DNA of 64,000 bases from an uncultured Cytophagia bacterium (GTDB lineage: Bacteria; Zhuqueibacterota; Zhuqueibacteria; Residuimicrobiales; Residuimicrobiaceae), in contig CAYLWO010000023.1 of assembly GCA_964387285.1 (NCBI GenBank), positions 948 to 64,947 of the forward strand, read 5' to 3'. Positions 49,157 through 59,670 of the stretch are shown here, piece after piece. The position numbers and the translations under genes were made by a program. How positions within the stretch are numbered: the stretch's first letter is position 1; every line of letters begins with the position of its first letter. The notes under the pieces are model-generated. The model had not been told where the DNA came from. It searched no databases and saw nothing but the letters and a program-made list of their open reading frames with translations.

Positions 49157-51331
49157 TTATCGAACTATGACAAATTTCACGTTCTTGGACTGGCCGTCCG
49201 GGGTGGTGATGTTGGCGATGTAGATGCCGCTGACGGGCCGCTGACCGGTTTCCGAGGTTTGCTGTTCATTAGCCAGCACGCCCCACTTGACGTCTCCGGT
49301 GCCCTTGTTATGCTCAAAGGTTTTCACCAGATCTCCGCTCTCGGAAAAGATGCGAATGGTGCATTCGCCGGGAACGTTGAGGAACTGAATCATGTTGGTG
49401 TCGCCGGGATACTGAATTTTCGCGGCCGCGAGACTGAACGGATTGGGCACTACACGCACCTGATCCAGCGAACTCCCGGGCGCTCTTTGCAGCGAGGCCG
49501 GCAGTGTGGTCATATTCAGATACAAGCCGCTCTCCAGACTCTCCTTCTTGCCGTTCCAATCAGCTGCATTGGATACGCCGTCGTCAAAGGAGGTCACATA
49601 GTAATAATAGGATGCGCCGCGGGACGCGGTTTTGTCGTCAAATTGATGCACTAGATTTGCACCTTTTGTCGTCTCAAAAACTTGGACAAAGGCGGAATCC
49701 GCATAGCTGCCCACAGCCCGATACACGCGATAACCGGCAAAGTCCGAAGCGCTCTCGGCAATATCATCCCATTTGATGCGGATGGCGTCCGCACGAGACT
49801 GCACTTCAATGGACGGCGCCGGCGGCGGAATCGGAATATCGTAATTCTGTTTCTGATTCCATTGCGCGGCGCGCAGGTTGGCAAACAAAGAGTCCTTGCC
49901 GGTCATAACCCAACGATCCTTGGCCTTGTCGTTATCGGTCTCGGCCAGCTCCGGATATTTGGTGTACTGCGGCGGCAGATTGTCGGGGCCGGTGAAGGTG
50001 CACTTTTTGGCATACCAATCGCTGGCGACTTCAAAGCCCTTGCGTTTGGAAATGCTGCCAAAACCCATGGCGTACACCAGACGAATGGAATCGCCGGGCG
50101 CCAATCTGAACGGACCGTAAGAGGCAAAAATCGCTTCATGCCAGTGACCGCCGAATCCGGGATCGTCGTTCACGTGCTTGTAACCCTGTTCGTCATGAGG
50201 CAATTCGTGAAAGGTGCCGGGATAGGTGCCGGTCATGAATTTTTTATAAGAGAACTTGCCGTCAATAGCTGAGGTGAAACCGCGTTTATGCACCTCAAAC
50301 GCTTTCCACAGTTCGTTCATATGCAACTTGGCGTTTTCCTTGACATACAGTTCGCGATAACTCCAGATGGTGTGCATCTGCGGTTGCGCCTGGTTATCGT
50401 TGGAAAAATCGTTAACCTTATTGCTCATGAACAGAGTAGCTTCGCCGGCAAACTGGGGTCCGGCTAATCGTTTTTTGTTTTGATCTTCCCGCGGATCGCC
50501 GAAATCGTCAATGGTGGAACCTTTTGAACGATGCGGGTAATAGTACATCACGCGCAGATCCTCGCCCGGCCGGCATCCCCACCAGCTGGACCACTCTTTG
50601 GGCATGCTGTTGTCCGGCTCGGCGCCGATCATGCGCATGACATACAGGCTGTCCAGAGTCTGATTGGGCAATTCGATAGTCGCATCGCGGTCCACGTTGC
50701 CGGTGTTTTTGAAAACCATATCATAAATCACATAATCGTCGTGATACTTTTGACTCCAGGCAAAGACCTTTTGCGTCACTTCCACGCCGATCCAGGTGCG
50801 GGCGCGTGAGATGTAAAACTGATCTGCTGTGGTGCTGTATTTGTTGATTTTGTCCGGCGCCACTTCATCGGCATCGTCAAAGGGGAACGGATCGTTATTA
50901 ACCATGCCGTCGACGACCACTACCGGCGGTTGATAACGTCGATAATTATGGTGCGTACGACCGTCCGCTTCCTCCACCACGAATTGAATTTCTTCAGAGT
51001 TGGAGGTGCCATATTCGGCGCCGGCGGTCATATAGGGGTAGAGCGTGCCTTCCGCATTGGTCCAATTGCGCACAGCGATATGGGTGCCGTTGTTGCGAAA
51101 ACCCCATTGGGTGAACATGCGGTTGGTGTTGCGGTTGCCGTCATAGTCATAGCGGGCCACGCCCTCGCTGTTGCCGGTTTTGGCTTCGGTTTCGCTTTGG
51201 TGGCCGTTATCGATGACGCGCACCTGGATCCTGCCGACTTTGACCCATTTAAAAATGCCGGCGGCCTTCAGGGGCACATAAAAACCCATGAAAAGGCACA
51301 GCATCATGGTTAAAATGGTATATCGTCTCAT
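49157..51331 (-). CDS. Secreted hypothetical protein with fibronectin type III domain and T9SS-type C-terminal domain
   Basis: It has a signal peptide, an Fn3-like segment (PPAPSIEV...YRVYRAVG...YYYYVTSFD) and a C-terminus (VVPNPFS...IRIFSESGDLV) resembling a Por sorting domain. Confidence 0.55.
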   Translation of the reverse strand: MRRYTILTMMLCLFMGFYVPLKAAGIFKWVKVGRIQVRVIDNGHQSETEAKTGNSEGVARYDYDGNRNTNRMFTQWGFRNNGTHIAVRNWTNAEGTLYPYMTAGAEYGTSNSEEIQFVVEEADGRTHHNYRRYQPPVVVVDGMVNNDPFPFDDADEVAPDKINKYSTTADQFYISRARTWIGVEVTQKVFAWSQKYHDDYVIYDMVFKNTGNVDRDATIELPNQTLDSLYVMRMIGAEPDNSMPKEWSSWWGCRPGEDLRVMYYYPHRSKGSTIDDFGDPREDQNKKRLAGPQFAGEATLFMSNKVNDFSNDNQAQPQMHTIWSYRELYVKENAKLHMNELWKAFEVHKRGFTSAIDGKFSYKKFMTGTYPGTFHELPHDEQGYKHVNDDPGFGGHWHEAIFASYGPFRLAPGDSIRLVYAMGFGSISKRKGFEVASDWYAKKCTFTGPDNLPPQYTKYPELAETDNDKAKDRWVMTGKDSLFANLRAAQWNQKQNYDIPIPPPAPSIEVQSRADAIRIKWDDIAESASDFAGYRVYRAVGSYADSAFVQVFETTKGANLVHQFDDKTASRGASYYYYVTSFDDGVSNAADWNGKKESLESGLYLNMTTLPASLQRAPGSSLDQVRVVPNPFSLAAAKIQYPGDTNMIQFLNVPGECTIRIFSESGDLVKTFEHNKGTGDVKWGVLANEQQTSETGQRPVSGIYIANITTPDGQSKNVKFVIVR

Positions 51332-51355
51332 ATTTCGATTCTCCCATTCTTGATG

Positions 51356-54300
51356 TTATAGATCAACGCGCAGGCCAAAAGTCACATAGCGCAGATCCTG
51401 GTAATACATGAAATCCCGGTTCGGCATGTCGATGTACGGTTTGTCGTCGCTCTTCACGTCGCCCACCTGATCGTCGCCGGCAATGTATTTGCCCTTATCC
51501 ACATCGCGTAACGCATCGAATTCCTTGCTCTTGTACATGGGCAGATGCAGGGATTCGAGATAATCGCGATAATCCTGGCCATCATAAAAAGCGCCGGCGC
51601 TGGTGGCGGTGTTGAGATAGAGCTGGTTGAACAGATTGTTGACATCGACAAACAGTTCGAAATTGGTTTTCGCCAAGGAGAAACGACGGCTGACGCGCAG
51701 GTCACTGGTCCAGCGGCTCCTCCAGTGCAGATCGTTCTGCACGCCCTCTTTTTTCAACGGATTCCACGTCTGGTAATCGCCGGACCGCCAGCTAAACACT
51801 GGAGAAATCATCCAGTCGCCCAGTAGATTAATTCCCAGAATCCTGGGCCCAAAATCGCTGGGCGACATCAGATTCACACTAGCCCGCAGGTAAGGTTGAA
51901 TGGTTGAACGGGTGATGTTCGGATCCTCAAAACCGGTGGAAGCAGCTGTGCGGGGATCCTGATAATAGACATTGCGGCCGAGAAAACCGTACTGGCGCAC
52001 CGGATAGGTATAATTGAACCAGCCGGTAAAGTAACGACCGAATGATTTATCAATGCGCAATTCAAAGCCGCGCACGTCTTCATAGTTGGTATTGTTATAG
52101 GTATAATAACTGACGCTGCCGGTGTAATTAATGTATTGGATTTCGTTGATCTGGTCGGCCACGTCGCGGTAAAAACCGTTGAGCTGCACCAGGAACTGGT
52201 TGGCGACATTCCATTCGAATCCCAGCTCATAAGCCACGGTCTTGGGCAGCAAGGCATTGGGATTGCCCAGACGCGTAATACCGTCCGATGCGCGACCGAG
52301 AGTGATCTGGTACATTTGCGTGGAGGTCGGCAAGCTGGTGAAATGACCATAGTTGAAATACAGCTTTACGTTTTTGGTAATGGGGTGTGAGATGCCCAGC
52401 CGCGGCAGCACCATGAGGTGGCCTTCGGCTTTTTCCGTCGGCGCTTCAGAGAGCTGACTCTTGTACTTGGCGGAGAGATATTTGGTATACGGATCCACTG
52501 TGTACCAGTCGCAATTGGGATTGTTGTACTCGAGGCGGACGCCGATGTTGGCCACCATGCCTTCGAATTCCAGTTTGTCCTTGACATACGCGCCAAGGCG
52601 CCACGGGAACTGATCCCATTCCGTATGATAATCTTCCCAACGGGACTCGAACCGATTGCGTTCATACTCGGTGTGCAGATCGTCATAATTGACTTCTATG
52701 CCGGCTTTGAGCTGGTTGCTGCGGTTGACCTGGCTGGTGATGTCAAAGCGGGCATTCACAGTATACACCTCGCCGAGATCGCGATGACCGCCGCCGTCCG
52801 CGTTCAGAGAAGCGCCGTCGCCCTGAGTGGTGACGGTGGTGCCGGTGCCGATCCAGAATCCCCACGGTCGTTCGTCCACTGCCGTGTTGCCGAAATAACG
52901 CAAGGTGGTGGTGTCGCGATAAGCGTCCGCACCCCAGGCTCTGGCCGAGTTTTTAACATGCACCTGAGAAATGCGGATGTTGTAAAAAGTCTTTGGGCTC
53001 AGCACATGATCGAAAGTAATGCCGAACATGCTGCGATAAATGTCGAAAGGAATCGCCGCAGAGGGCCAGAACCAGACCTTGTGATCTTCAGACTGGCCGC
53101 CCGGCCACAGGTTCGAAGTATAGTTGCTGTTGCCGCCGGTGACATAGGCGTTGTCGGAACCGCCTTCGCGGGAGTTAGCCACGGTGTTGGTTTCGCCGTA
53201 GTAGCCCTCGACCGAGAGCTTCATGTTCGACGTCAAACGCGAAGTGAGTTTTAACGATCCGCCGGATTCACGGAAATAATCGCGCGATGTGGGCCAGGCA
53301 AAGGCCTGCCAGTCGGAACGGTAAGAAGCCAGGAACGACAGATTGCCCAGTTTCTTGCCGATAATCGGCACACCGCCAGAAAACATGGCGTCAACCAGAT
53401 AATCGCTTTGGTTGCCATAGGTGTTTTCTTTTTGACCGAATGCGGAACTGCCTTCCGCCGCATGCTCCCACAGGAAAAGATCATAACACTGTTGCGGGGT
53501 ACGGTCGTTTTTCGGATCTTTATCTGCCAACAATCGTTTTGAAAATGAATCCCACCCTTCAAACTCGAGATTTTGATGCCTGGTGGCCTCGTCCCAACCG
53601 GCCTTGGTGCCGACAAAAGCCACCTGGGGATCCAGATAAGGCCGCATGTAGAAAAAATCCTTGCTGATCATGGACGGACCATAGTGTTTGATGCGGGCCG
53701 GTTTGTAGCGAAAATCCACAGAGCCGGAATAGCGATTGGGATCCGCATCCTTGGTAACCACGCTGATCATGCCGGCGCGCACGTTGCCGTATTCGGCGTC
53801 GAAACCGCCCTTCATGATGTTAACCTCTTTGATCACGCTCATGTTTACGGTTTGCAAGGGCTGATTGGAGCGGTTGTCCACCACGATCAGACCGTCGACC
53901 ATGAAACCTTGCTGATCCAGACCGCCGCCGCGGATGACGCCGTCATTGATGCCTGCCTGGTGGTTGACGAACTGTTGCACGCTGCTCACCAACGGCACCT
54001 TGACCACCTCTTCCACCGTACTGGAGATCTGCGCGGCAGAGATGTCTTTTTTGACGATTTCCCGTTCCGCCACCACCGTCACTTCCTGGCCGGCCAGGGT
54101 AGTGGATACCAAACTAATGTCCACCGGCGTAGTATGATCCGAGCTGATCCGGACGCCGGTGACGATGGTCTTTTCATAACCCATCATGGTCGCCTGCAAC
54201 GAATAGGTTCCCGGCGGCACATTGATGATGAAATAGGTGCCCTGAATATCGGTTATGCCGCCCAGCATGGTGCCGACCAACTGGATATTGACGCCCATCA

Positions 54301-54439
54301 GCTTTTCCCCGGTAGTTGCGTCTTTGACGACGCCGGAAATTTTTCCGGTCACCCCGGAGAAAACCAGAGCGGGCAGAACCATCAACAAGAGCAAAAACGG
54401 TAAAACCGCTTTGCCCTTAAAAAACGTTCCTTGACTCAT
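51356..54439 (-). CDS. TonB-dependent-receptor-like outer-membrane protein with N-terminal carboxypeptidase-regulatory-like domain
   Basis: It has a signal peptide, a CarbopepD_reg-like beta-sandwich (GKISGVVKDATTGEKLMGVNIQL) and a plug-like segment. A long beta-barrel region follows. The ATG is preceded by GGAGG. Confidence 0.7.
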   Translation of the reverse strand: MSQGTFFKGKAVLPFLLLLMVLPALVFSGVTGKISGVVKDATTGEKLMGVNIQLVGTMLGGITDIQGTYFIINVPPGTYSLQATMMGYEKTIVTGVRISSDHTTPVDISLVSTTLAGQEVTVVAEREIVKKDISAAQISSTVEEVVKVPLVSSVQQFVNHQAGINDGVIRGGGLDQQGFMVDGLIVVDNRSNQPLQTVNMSVIKEVNIMKGGFDAEYGNVRAGMISVVTKDADPNRYSGSVDFRYKPARIKHYGPSMISKDFFYMRPYLDPQVAFVGTKAGWDEATRHQNLEFEGWDSFSKRLLADKDPKNDRTPQQCYDLFLWEHAAEGSSAFGQKENTYGNQSDYLVDAMFSGGVPIIGKKLGNLSFLASYRSDWQAFAWPTSRDYFRESGGSLKLTSRLTSNMKLSVEGYYGETNTVANSREGGSDNAYVTGGNSNYTSNLWPGGQSEDHKVWFWPSAAIPFDIYRSMFGITFDHVLSPKTFYNIRISQVHVKNSARAWGADAYRDTTTLRYFGNTAVDERPWGFWIGTGTTVTTQGDGASLNADGGGHRDLGEVYTVNARFDITSQVNRSNQLKAGIEVNYDDLHTEYERNRFESRWEDYHTEWDQFPWRLGAYVKDKLEFEGMVANIGVRLEYNNPNCDWYTVDPYTKYLSAKYKSQLSEAPTEKAEGHLMVLPRLGISHPITKNVKLYFNYGHFTSLPTSTQMYQITLGRASDGITRLGNPNALLPKTVAYELGFEWNVANQFLVQLNGFYRDVADQINEIQYINYTGSVSYYTYNNTNYEDVRGFELRIDKSFGRYFTGWFNYTYPVRQYGFLGRNVYYQDPRTAASTGFEDPNITRSTIQPYLRASVNLMSPSDFGPRILGINLLGDWMISPVFSWRSGDYQTWNPLKKEGVQNDLHWRSRWTSDLRVSRRFSLAKTNFELFVDVNNLFNQLYLNTATSAGAFYDGQDYRDYLESLHLPMYKSKEFDALRDVDKGKYIAGDDQVGDVKSDDKPYIDMPNRDFMYYQDLRYVTFGLRVDL

Positions 54440-54569
54440 ACCAACCTCCCGTTTGTGTAAACGTCAAACTTGATTTAGTAACCTTGACAGCAACGAAAAG
54501 GCAAACCTCCTTTCGATTGAAATTACTATTGTTTGATTTTTGGCAACAGAGTAAATGAATAATCATCAT

Positions 54570-55349
54570 TCAAACTGTATCGAGATCTGCTCCTGTGCTC
54601 TGCGCACCGGAGGTCCATTTCTTTTTATCATATAAACGCAGATTGTGCGTTTCTGTGATTTTCAGATGTTCAGCCATGGCCGATATGGCGGCCGGCGCAT
54701 TTTGCTCCTGTATGGCTTTAAAAATGCGTCCGTGATATTCCAGGGTGATGTCGACAATGGTTTGGTCGAAAAAAATCGGCGGGTGAAATTTTGCCAAAAC
54801 GTGGAAGATCGGTTCCAGTACAATCGGAATAAGCGGATTGTTGCAGGAGCGGGCAATAATGCTGTGAAAGACAATGTCATAATGGCTGATGCGCACCTGA
54901 TCACTGGTTCCATCCCGCATCATGTGCAGCGTTTCCTGCAGCTTGGTTACATCCTCGTCGCTGCGATACTGAGCGGAAAGCCCGGCGACCTGCGGTTCGA
55001 CCATCTGTCGTACACTGAGAATATGCACCAAGCCGGACTTGCCGCATTTATAATCGACCAGTTGGGAAAAGGGATCCAGAACATTATCCAGCGAGGGCGC
55101 TTGCACCACTGCGCCTTTGCCCTGAATGATTTCGATATACCCCTTGGTGGAAAGCATCTTTAACGCTTCGCGCACCACGCTGCGGCTGACGTTAAAAATG
55201 GATGTTAATTCATTTTCACTGGGCAGGAATTCACCGGCGCCGTAAACCTGTTTGAGAATGGCGTCGCGTATTTGGGATTCAATTTGCTCGCAGAGTTTGG
55301 CCGGCCGGACTATGCCAACCTTTTTTAAGGAAGCAGCTCGTAACGGCAT
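54570..55349 (-). CDS. GntR-family transcriptional regulator (FadR/FCD subfamily)
   Basis: It has an N-terminal wHTH (LPSENELTSIFNVSRSVVREALKML) and an FCD-like C-terminal domain. The start is placed at the ATG at 55349 (MPLRAASL), which has a ribosome-binding site. Confidence 0.8.
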   Translation of the reverse strand: MPLRAASLKKVGIVRPAKLCEQIESQIRDAILKQVYGAGEFLPSENELTSIFNVSRSVVREALKMLSTKGYIEIIQGKGAVVQAPSLDNVLDPFSQLVDYKCGKSGLVHILSVRQMVEPQVAGLSAQYRSDEDVTKLQETLHMMRDGTSDQVRISHYDIVFHSIIARSCNNPLIPIVLEPIFHVLAKFHPPIFFDQTIVDITLEYHGRIFKAIQEQNAPAAISAMAEHLKITETHNLRLYDKKKWTSGAQSTGADLDTV

Positions 55350-55449
55350 GAAATCCTTTTCACCTGTAGGTTGTCTACTTGTCGTACAAGTACTGTACAA
55401 TTATTTACAAAAATTACAAACTAAAAGCAAGTTTTTTTTACCTAAACAG

Positions 55450-55481
55450 CAAAAAAATGCCCCGGGGAAATCACGGGGCAT
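55450..55481 (-). terminator. Rho-independent terminator after the lipoprotein gene
   Basis: On the minus strand, ATGCCCCG-tgatttccc-CGGGGCAT is followed by TTTTTTTGCTG. Confidence 0.65.
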
Positions 55482-55601
55482 ATCTAATTAAAAAATATTA
55501 CTTTAATTTAATAATTGTACAGCAATTAAAATTATAACAGGTGATCAGTTTCTCATTTTTTAGCTAAAAATTTGCGCAAGAGCACAAAACAAGCAACGTT
55601 G

Positions 55602-56354
55602 TTACTTGCCGGCAGAAAGATCTTTGAAAAGCAGTAAAGCGGTTGCTGCAGCTGATAAGGCATCCTGCTGCGAACTTGTCAGACCAGAAGACAACCAAAC
55701 AGCTCCCGCATTGATCACTTCCACTGCAGCTACTTGTTTGCCGTTCTGGATCAGGATATACCCTGAAGCATCGCTCAATGGCATGGGTGAACCAGCCAGC
55801 TTGTGCGTGCCTGCAACACTGTAGGCCTCTGTTCCGTCGGTAAAAACGCCGCGAAACAAACTTTCACCTGAATCCTGATTGAGCACCATGGTCCATTTTG
55901 CTCCGTCACTGCTGCCAAGTCGCACCACGAGATTATGTTCGGATTTTATGCCTACAGTCAATTCTCCTCCCCAGGCTTCGGTTTTAATGTCCGCTGCTTT
56001 GAGTCCGGCCGCAGCCTGACCGTGCCACTGTTTTCCTGCGGGCGTTAAGAGTGAAAATTCATAATTCTGTTTGACCGTTGCTTTTTCATATTTCCAGAAA
56101 CCCCAGGCGGTGCGTTTGGTCCAGCCGCGTGAGACATCCGTGACCTTGTATGGTCCGAACTGAAATTCCTCATGAAAGCCGCCGCGACCGCTGCACTTCA
56201 TTTCCGACGCAGCCTTTAGCTCGCTCGGAACCGCCATGCGCGCCGTATGACAACCGGAAAACATAACAGACAAAACAAAGCCCAGCACCAGGCAAAGCGA
56301 GCAAAATCGTGTACGAACCGTCATCATAGTCATCTCCTTATGCATTTCTACCAT
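55602..56354 (-). CDS. Hypothetical lipoprotein
   Basis: It has a signal peptide with a lipobox-like FSGC. The start is ambiguous among several Met codons. Confidence 0.5.
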   Translation of the reverse strand: MVEMHKEMTMMTVRTRFCSLCLVLGFVLSVMFSGCHTARMAVPSELKAASEMKCSGRGGFHEEFQFGPYKVTDVSRGWTKRTAWGFWKYEKATVKQNYEFSLLTPAGKQWHGQAAAGLKAADIKTEAWGGELTVGIKSEHNLVVRLGSSDGAKWTMVLNQDSGESLFRGVFTDGTEAYSVAGTHKLAGSPMPLSDASGYILIQNGKQVAAVEVINAGAVWLSSGLTSSQQDALSAAATALLLFKDLSAGK

Positions 56355-56397
56355 CTGGCCTAATCGACCTTTCCGATTTGATTAAAAAACAGTTTCG

Positions 56398-57846
56398 TTA
56401 TTTATTGACCAATTTTAGTTTACTGCGAATGGACAACGGGTCTGCCAAATTTTTGCCATTGAGAATAGCCATCGTTTCCAAATCGGCCTCTTTAACGCCG
56501 GAGGTACGCAACACCGAGGCCAGGGTGCCGGCGGTTTTGCTGGCCGTCACGGACAGCAGCGTCGGTTTAACCTGCATCTTTTTCGCATCGGTGAGCGTTT
56601 TGAATTGACCCATGACGCCGCCAAAAGCGGAGGCATAGGAACTGTAGTTAGCCGGCACGGTGATGCCGTGCAAAGTATAAATCAAGTTGTCTTTTTTAAT
56701 GAAATAGGACATCACGGCCAGCGTATCCGACTGGGTGATGACGCCGGAGACTACGCGGTGAGCCGGCAGGCCGTTGACGGTGAGAGCATCGGATTTTTGC
56801 ACACTGGCTTGAGCCTGTTGTACAAAAGCGCCGGCAGCTGTTTGCGGATTATCACCGGCCGCGGCCGTCATCATAATGGCCGCATCCTCGTTGGGCGAAA
56901 CATACTGCAATTGACTGGGTGAATTGTTCACCGTCCATTTGGCCGGAACAGGTAAAACGAATTTCAAGACTGGGTGATAAAACGCCTGGCCATCCACATA
57001 ACCTTGTCGGGGATCTTCGCCGAACACCATGCCGTCCACTTGCGCCAGATATTGCTCCTGGTTGACCACAAAGGTTTGTCCGGCCAACTTTTGTTGCCAC
57101 TCGGCGGTTTTTCGGCGCACGGCGCCGATGCGGTCCTCAGGATTGGGATGCGTCGAGAACCACGCGGGCAATCCGCTCGAGCCGGAAGAGGGACTCATGC
57201 GCTCCAGGGTATTGAAAAAATCCGCCATAGCATAAGCGTTATAATTGGTTTTGGAGGAGTATTCTACGCCCAGATCGTCCGCCTGGCGCTCATTGTCGCG
57301 ACTGAAACGAAGGAATAACAAGCTGACGCCGACCTGAGCGAGACCGGCGTATTTGCGGAAATCCTCGGACAGAATGGAACCAACGCCAAGACCAATGGAG
57401 GCCAATTGAGAACGGCTGTACTGCTGCGCCGTGTGTCGGGCGGTGACATGGCCTATTTCATGGCCCAGGACGCCGGCCAGTTCCGCTTCGGTGTTCAGAT
57501 AACTGAGAATGCCGCGGGTAACATAAACATAACCGCCGGGCACGGCAAAGGCGTTGACCACCGGCGTATCCAGCACCTTGAATTGCCAGGCCAGGTTGGG
57601 ACGATGAGAAAGGGCTGCCATTTTTTTGCCCAACTGTGCAACATAGGCATTCAATTCTGCATCTTCGTAAGAGCCGTAGCTGGCAATCACCTCTGCGTCG
57701 GTTTGCTGGCCTAAGGCCGATTCATCCGCCTCGCTCAACAACATGAACTCGCGTTTACCGGTGACGGGATTAACCGCACAGGTGATAAGCCACACGGCAA
57801 GTACGGCCAGAGCGAGGTAAGCAAAAACACGTTGTCTTTTTTTCAT
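56398..57846 (-). CDS. M48-family zinc metallopeptidase (BepA/Ste24-like) with C-terminal TPR-like region, exported
   Basis: It has the HEIGH zinc motif (LGHEIGHVTARH) and a signal peptide starting at MKKRQRVF (ATG at 57846, GGAGAAAG ribosome-binding site). Confidence 0.85.
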   Translation of the reverse strand: MKKRQRVFAYLALAVLAVWLITCAVNPVTGKREFMLLSEADESALGQQTDAEVIASYGSYEDAELNAYVAQLGKKMAALSHRPNLAWQFKVLDTPVVNAFAVPGGYVYVTRGILSYLNTEAELAGVLGHEIGHVTARHTAQQYSRSQLASIGLGVGSILSEDFRKYAGLAQVGVSLLFLRFSRDNERQADDLGVEYSSKTNYNAYAMADFFNTLERMSPSSGSSGLPAWFSTHPNPEDRIGAVRRKTAEWQQKLAGQTFVVNQEQYLAQVDGMVFGEDPRQGYVDGQAFYHPVLKFVLPVPAKWTVNNSPSQLQYVSPNEDAAIMMTAAAGDNPQTAAGAFVQQAQASVQKSDALTVNGLPAHRVVSGVITQSDTLAVMSYFIKKDNLIYTLHGITVPANYSSYASAFGGVMGQFKTLTDAKKMQVKPTLLSVTASKTAGTLASVLRTSGVKEADLETMAILNGKNLADPLSIRSKLKLVNK

Positions 57847-57893
57847 ATCACTTTCTCCATGATTAAAAAAACAGCCGGATATCTGCAAAGCCG

Positions 57894-59399
57894 TCATTGC
57901 TTTTTGCGTTCATCCAGACAACGGATGCGTCCTTGCACTTTGGAACGGATTTGCGGATGCTTTTGGATATATTCGATAACGCCGTCGGACAGAAGGATGC
58001 CGGTGGTTTCGCTGTTCGGCGTAGGGAAACCGAAATATTTTTCCGCCTGACCTCCGGTAATAAAATCCACCGTGGCGCCGACATAGATTTTTTTCGGATC
58101 AACCGGCCGATTGTTGATTTTTGCAGAACGCATCTCGACCATGCCGCCTTTGGTTATTTTAAACGAATAACTCAAACCGCTCACCTGTAAAATGCCCGGT
58201 TCCTGCCGCAGTGCGGCTTGAGCATTGGTTTCCATGATTTTTATCAATTCAGCGCCCGTGCATTTAAAGGTGGTAATGTAATTGGTAAACGGCAGGATCT
58301 CGACAATATCCAGCTTGGTAATTTTGCCTTTGTGCACATCCTTTCTGATGCCGCCGCTGTTCAGCACGGCGAAATCAGCGCCGGTCAGAGCTCTCACCAC
58401 ATCCGCAAGATAATTGCCGATATTGGATTCAAATTGATGACTGCGCCGCCATTCCACCTGCAACTCGCCCAGGGTCTGGCCGTACTCGGCGTCGATCTGA
58501 CTTGCATATTTTTGCACCAGTTGCTGCATGTCTGCATCCGGCCTCTTAACGCTATCCACCCAGGCCGGCAACAGTTCATAATCAAACTGCGCCACCGAGT
58601 CGGCCGCTACGGTCAGTTGCAGCCTGCCTAAATAACGGGTTTTGCTGTCCGCCTGCACCACCAAAATGCGATTTCTGACTATCGGCTTGTTGAGCCGGGA
58701 ATGGCTGTGGCCGCCGACGATCACATCTGCGCCGTGGATTTTATCAGCCAGGTTCAAATCTTCATCCACGCCCTGATGAGTGAGCAATACGATCAGGTCC
58801 GTATCGGCGTCGATCTGGTCGATGTATTTCTGGGCGGCGATAACCGGATCCTCGACGCGGACGCCCTGAAGATTTTTCCTGGCTGTCTCCTCAAATAATC
58901 GGGACAACGTCAGTCCGATGACGCCAACGCGAACCGAGCCGATGCGATAGATGGCGTATGGTTTTCCGGTAAACAAGGAATCGTTTTGATAAAGGTTGGC
59001 GCACACCACATCAAAGCGCGCCAGCTTGATGATTTTCTGCAGATTCTCCTGCCCCTCATCAAACTCATGATTGCCGACGGTCATGGCCTGAAAGCCGAAC
59101 CGGTTCAGCATGTGGACAAAACCGCCGCCGATCACGCCCTGGAAGTCAATTTTAGCAATCGGTGTTCCGGTCATGATGTCGCCGGCGTTTAGTAAAAGAG
59201 CAGCCGGATCCTTTTCGCGACTCGAGTTTACCAGCCAGTGTAAAGCCGTCATACCGCCGATCATGGGCTTCTGTTCTTTTTGAATCCAGGTGGCCGGCGC
59301 CGGTGCAAACTGGCAATGCAGATCATTGACGTGCAGGATGGTAAGTTTTTGTGCAAACAAGGAGGAACAAAGCAAAACTGCAAACAACAACTTTTTCAC
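57894..59399 (-). CDS. Bifunctional metallophosphatase/5'-nucleotidase (UshA-like), exported
   Basis: It has calcineurin-like motifs (ILHVNDLH, GNHEFD) and a 5'-nucleotidase C-terminal domain. The likely start is the GTG at 59399 (MKKLLFAVLL), preceded by GGAG. Confidence 0.8.
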   Translation of the reverse strand: MKKLLFAVLLCSSLFAQKLTILHVNDLHCQFAPAPATWIQKEQKPMIGGMTALHWLVNSSREKDPAALLLNAGDIMTGTPIAKIDFQGVIGGGFVHMLNRFGFQAMTVGNHEFDEGQENLQKIIKLARFDVVCANLYQNDSLFTGKPYAIYRIGSVRVGVIGLTLSRLFEETARKNLQGVRVEDPVIAAQKYIDQIDADTDLIVLLTHQGVDEDLNLADKIHGADVIVGGHSHSRLNKPIVRNRILVVQADSKTRYLGRLQLTVAADSVAQFDYELLPAWVDSVKRPDADMQQLVQKYASQIDAEYGQTLGELQVEWRRSHQFESNIGNYLADVVRALTGADFAVLNSGGIRKDVHKGKITKLDIVEILPFTNYITTFKCTGAELIKIMETNAQAALRQEPGILQVSGLSYSFKITKGGMVEMRSAKINNRPVDPKKIYVGATVDFITGGQAEKYFGFPTPNSETTGILLSDGVIEYIQKHPQIRSKVQGRIRCLDERKKQ

Positions 59400-59581
59400 G
59401 ATAACTCCGCAATTAAACACAGGTGATCAATATGAAAATATTAAGGAATTCTGCAAGGTTTGTCAAGAAGTATTTTCAGCGCACTCGAAAGGGGCGGCAT
59501 AAACGAGACAAGCCCGTACAGTTAAGGTCAGATGGATAAAATCCTCAAGCACGCACAAAAGCTGCCATAAACCCGCATACC

Positions 59582-59617
59582 AAAAAAAAGGAGCGACGCT
59601 GGTATGCGCCGCTCCTT
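59582..59617 (-). terminator. Rho-independent terminator after the giant secreted protein gene
   Basis: On the minus strand, GGAGCGGCGCATACCAGCGTCGCTCC is followed by TTTTTTTT. Confidence 0.6.
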
Positions 59618-59670
59618 TGCTTTCCTTCATAGAACCGTTGCGCCGAGAAATTGCACAACGGTCGCTCGAT

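Noticed and set aside
54570-55400. A longer GntR ORF starting at 55400 (MYSTCTTSRQPT...)
   Set aside because: The N-terminal extension has no ribosome-binding site and is not part of the wHTH. The ATG at 55349 with an AGGTGAAAAGGA ribosome-binding site fits the family N-terminus.
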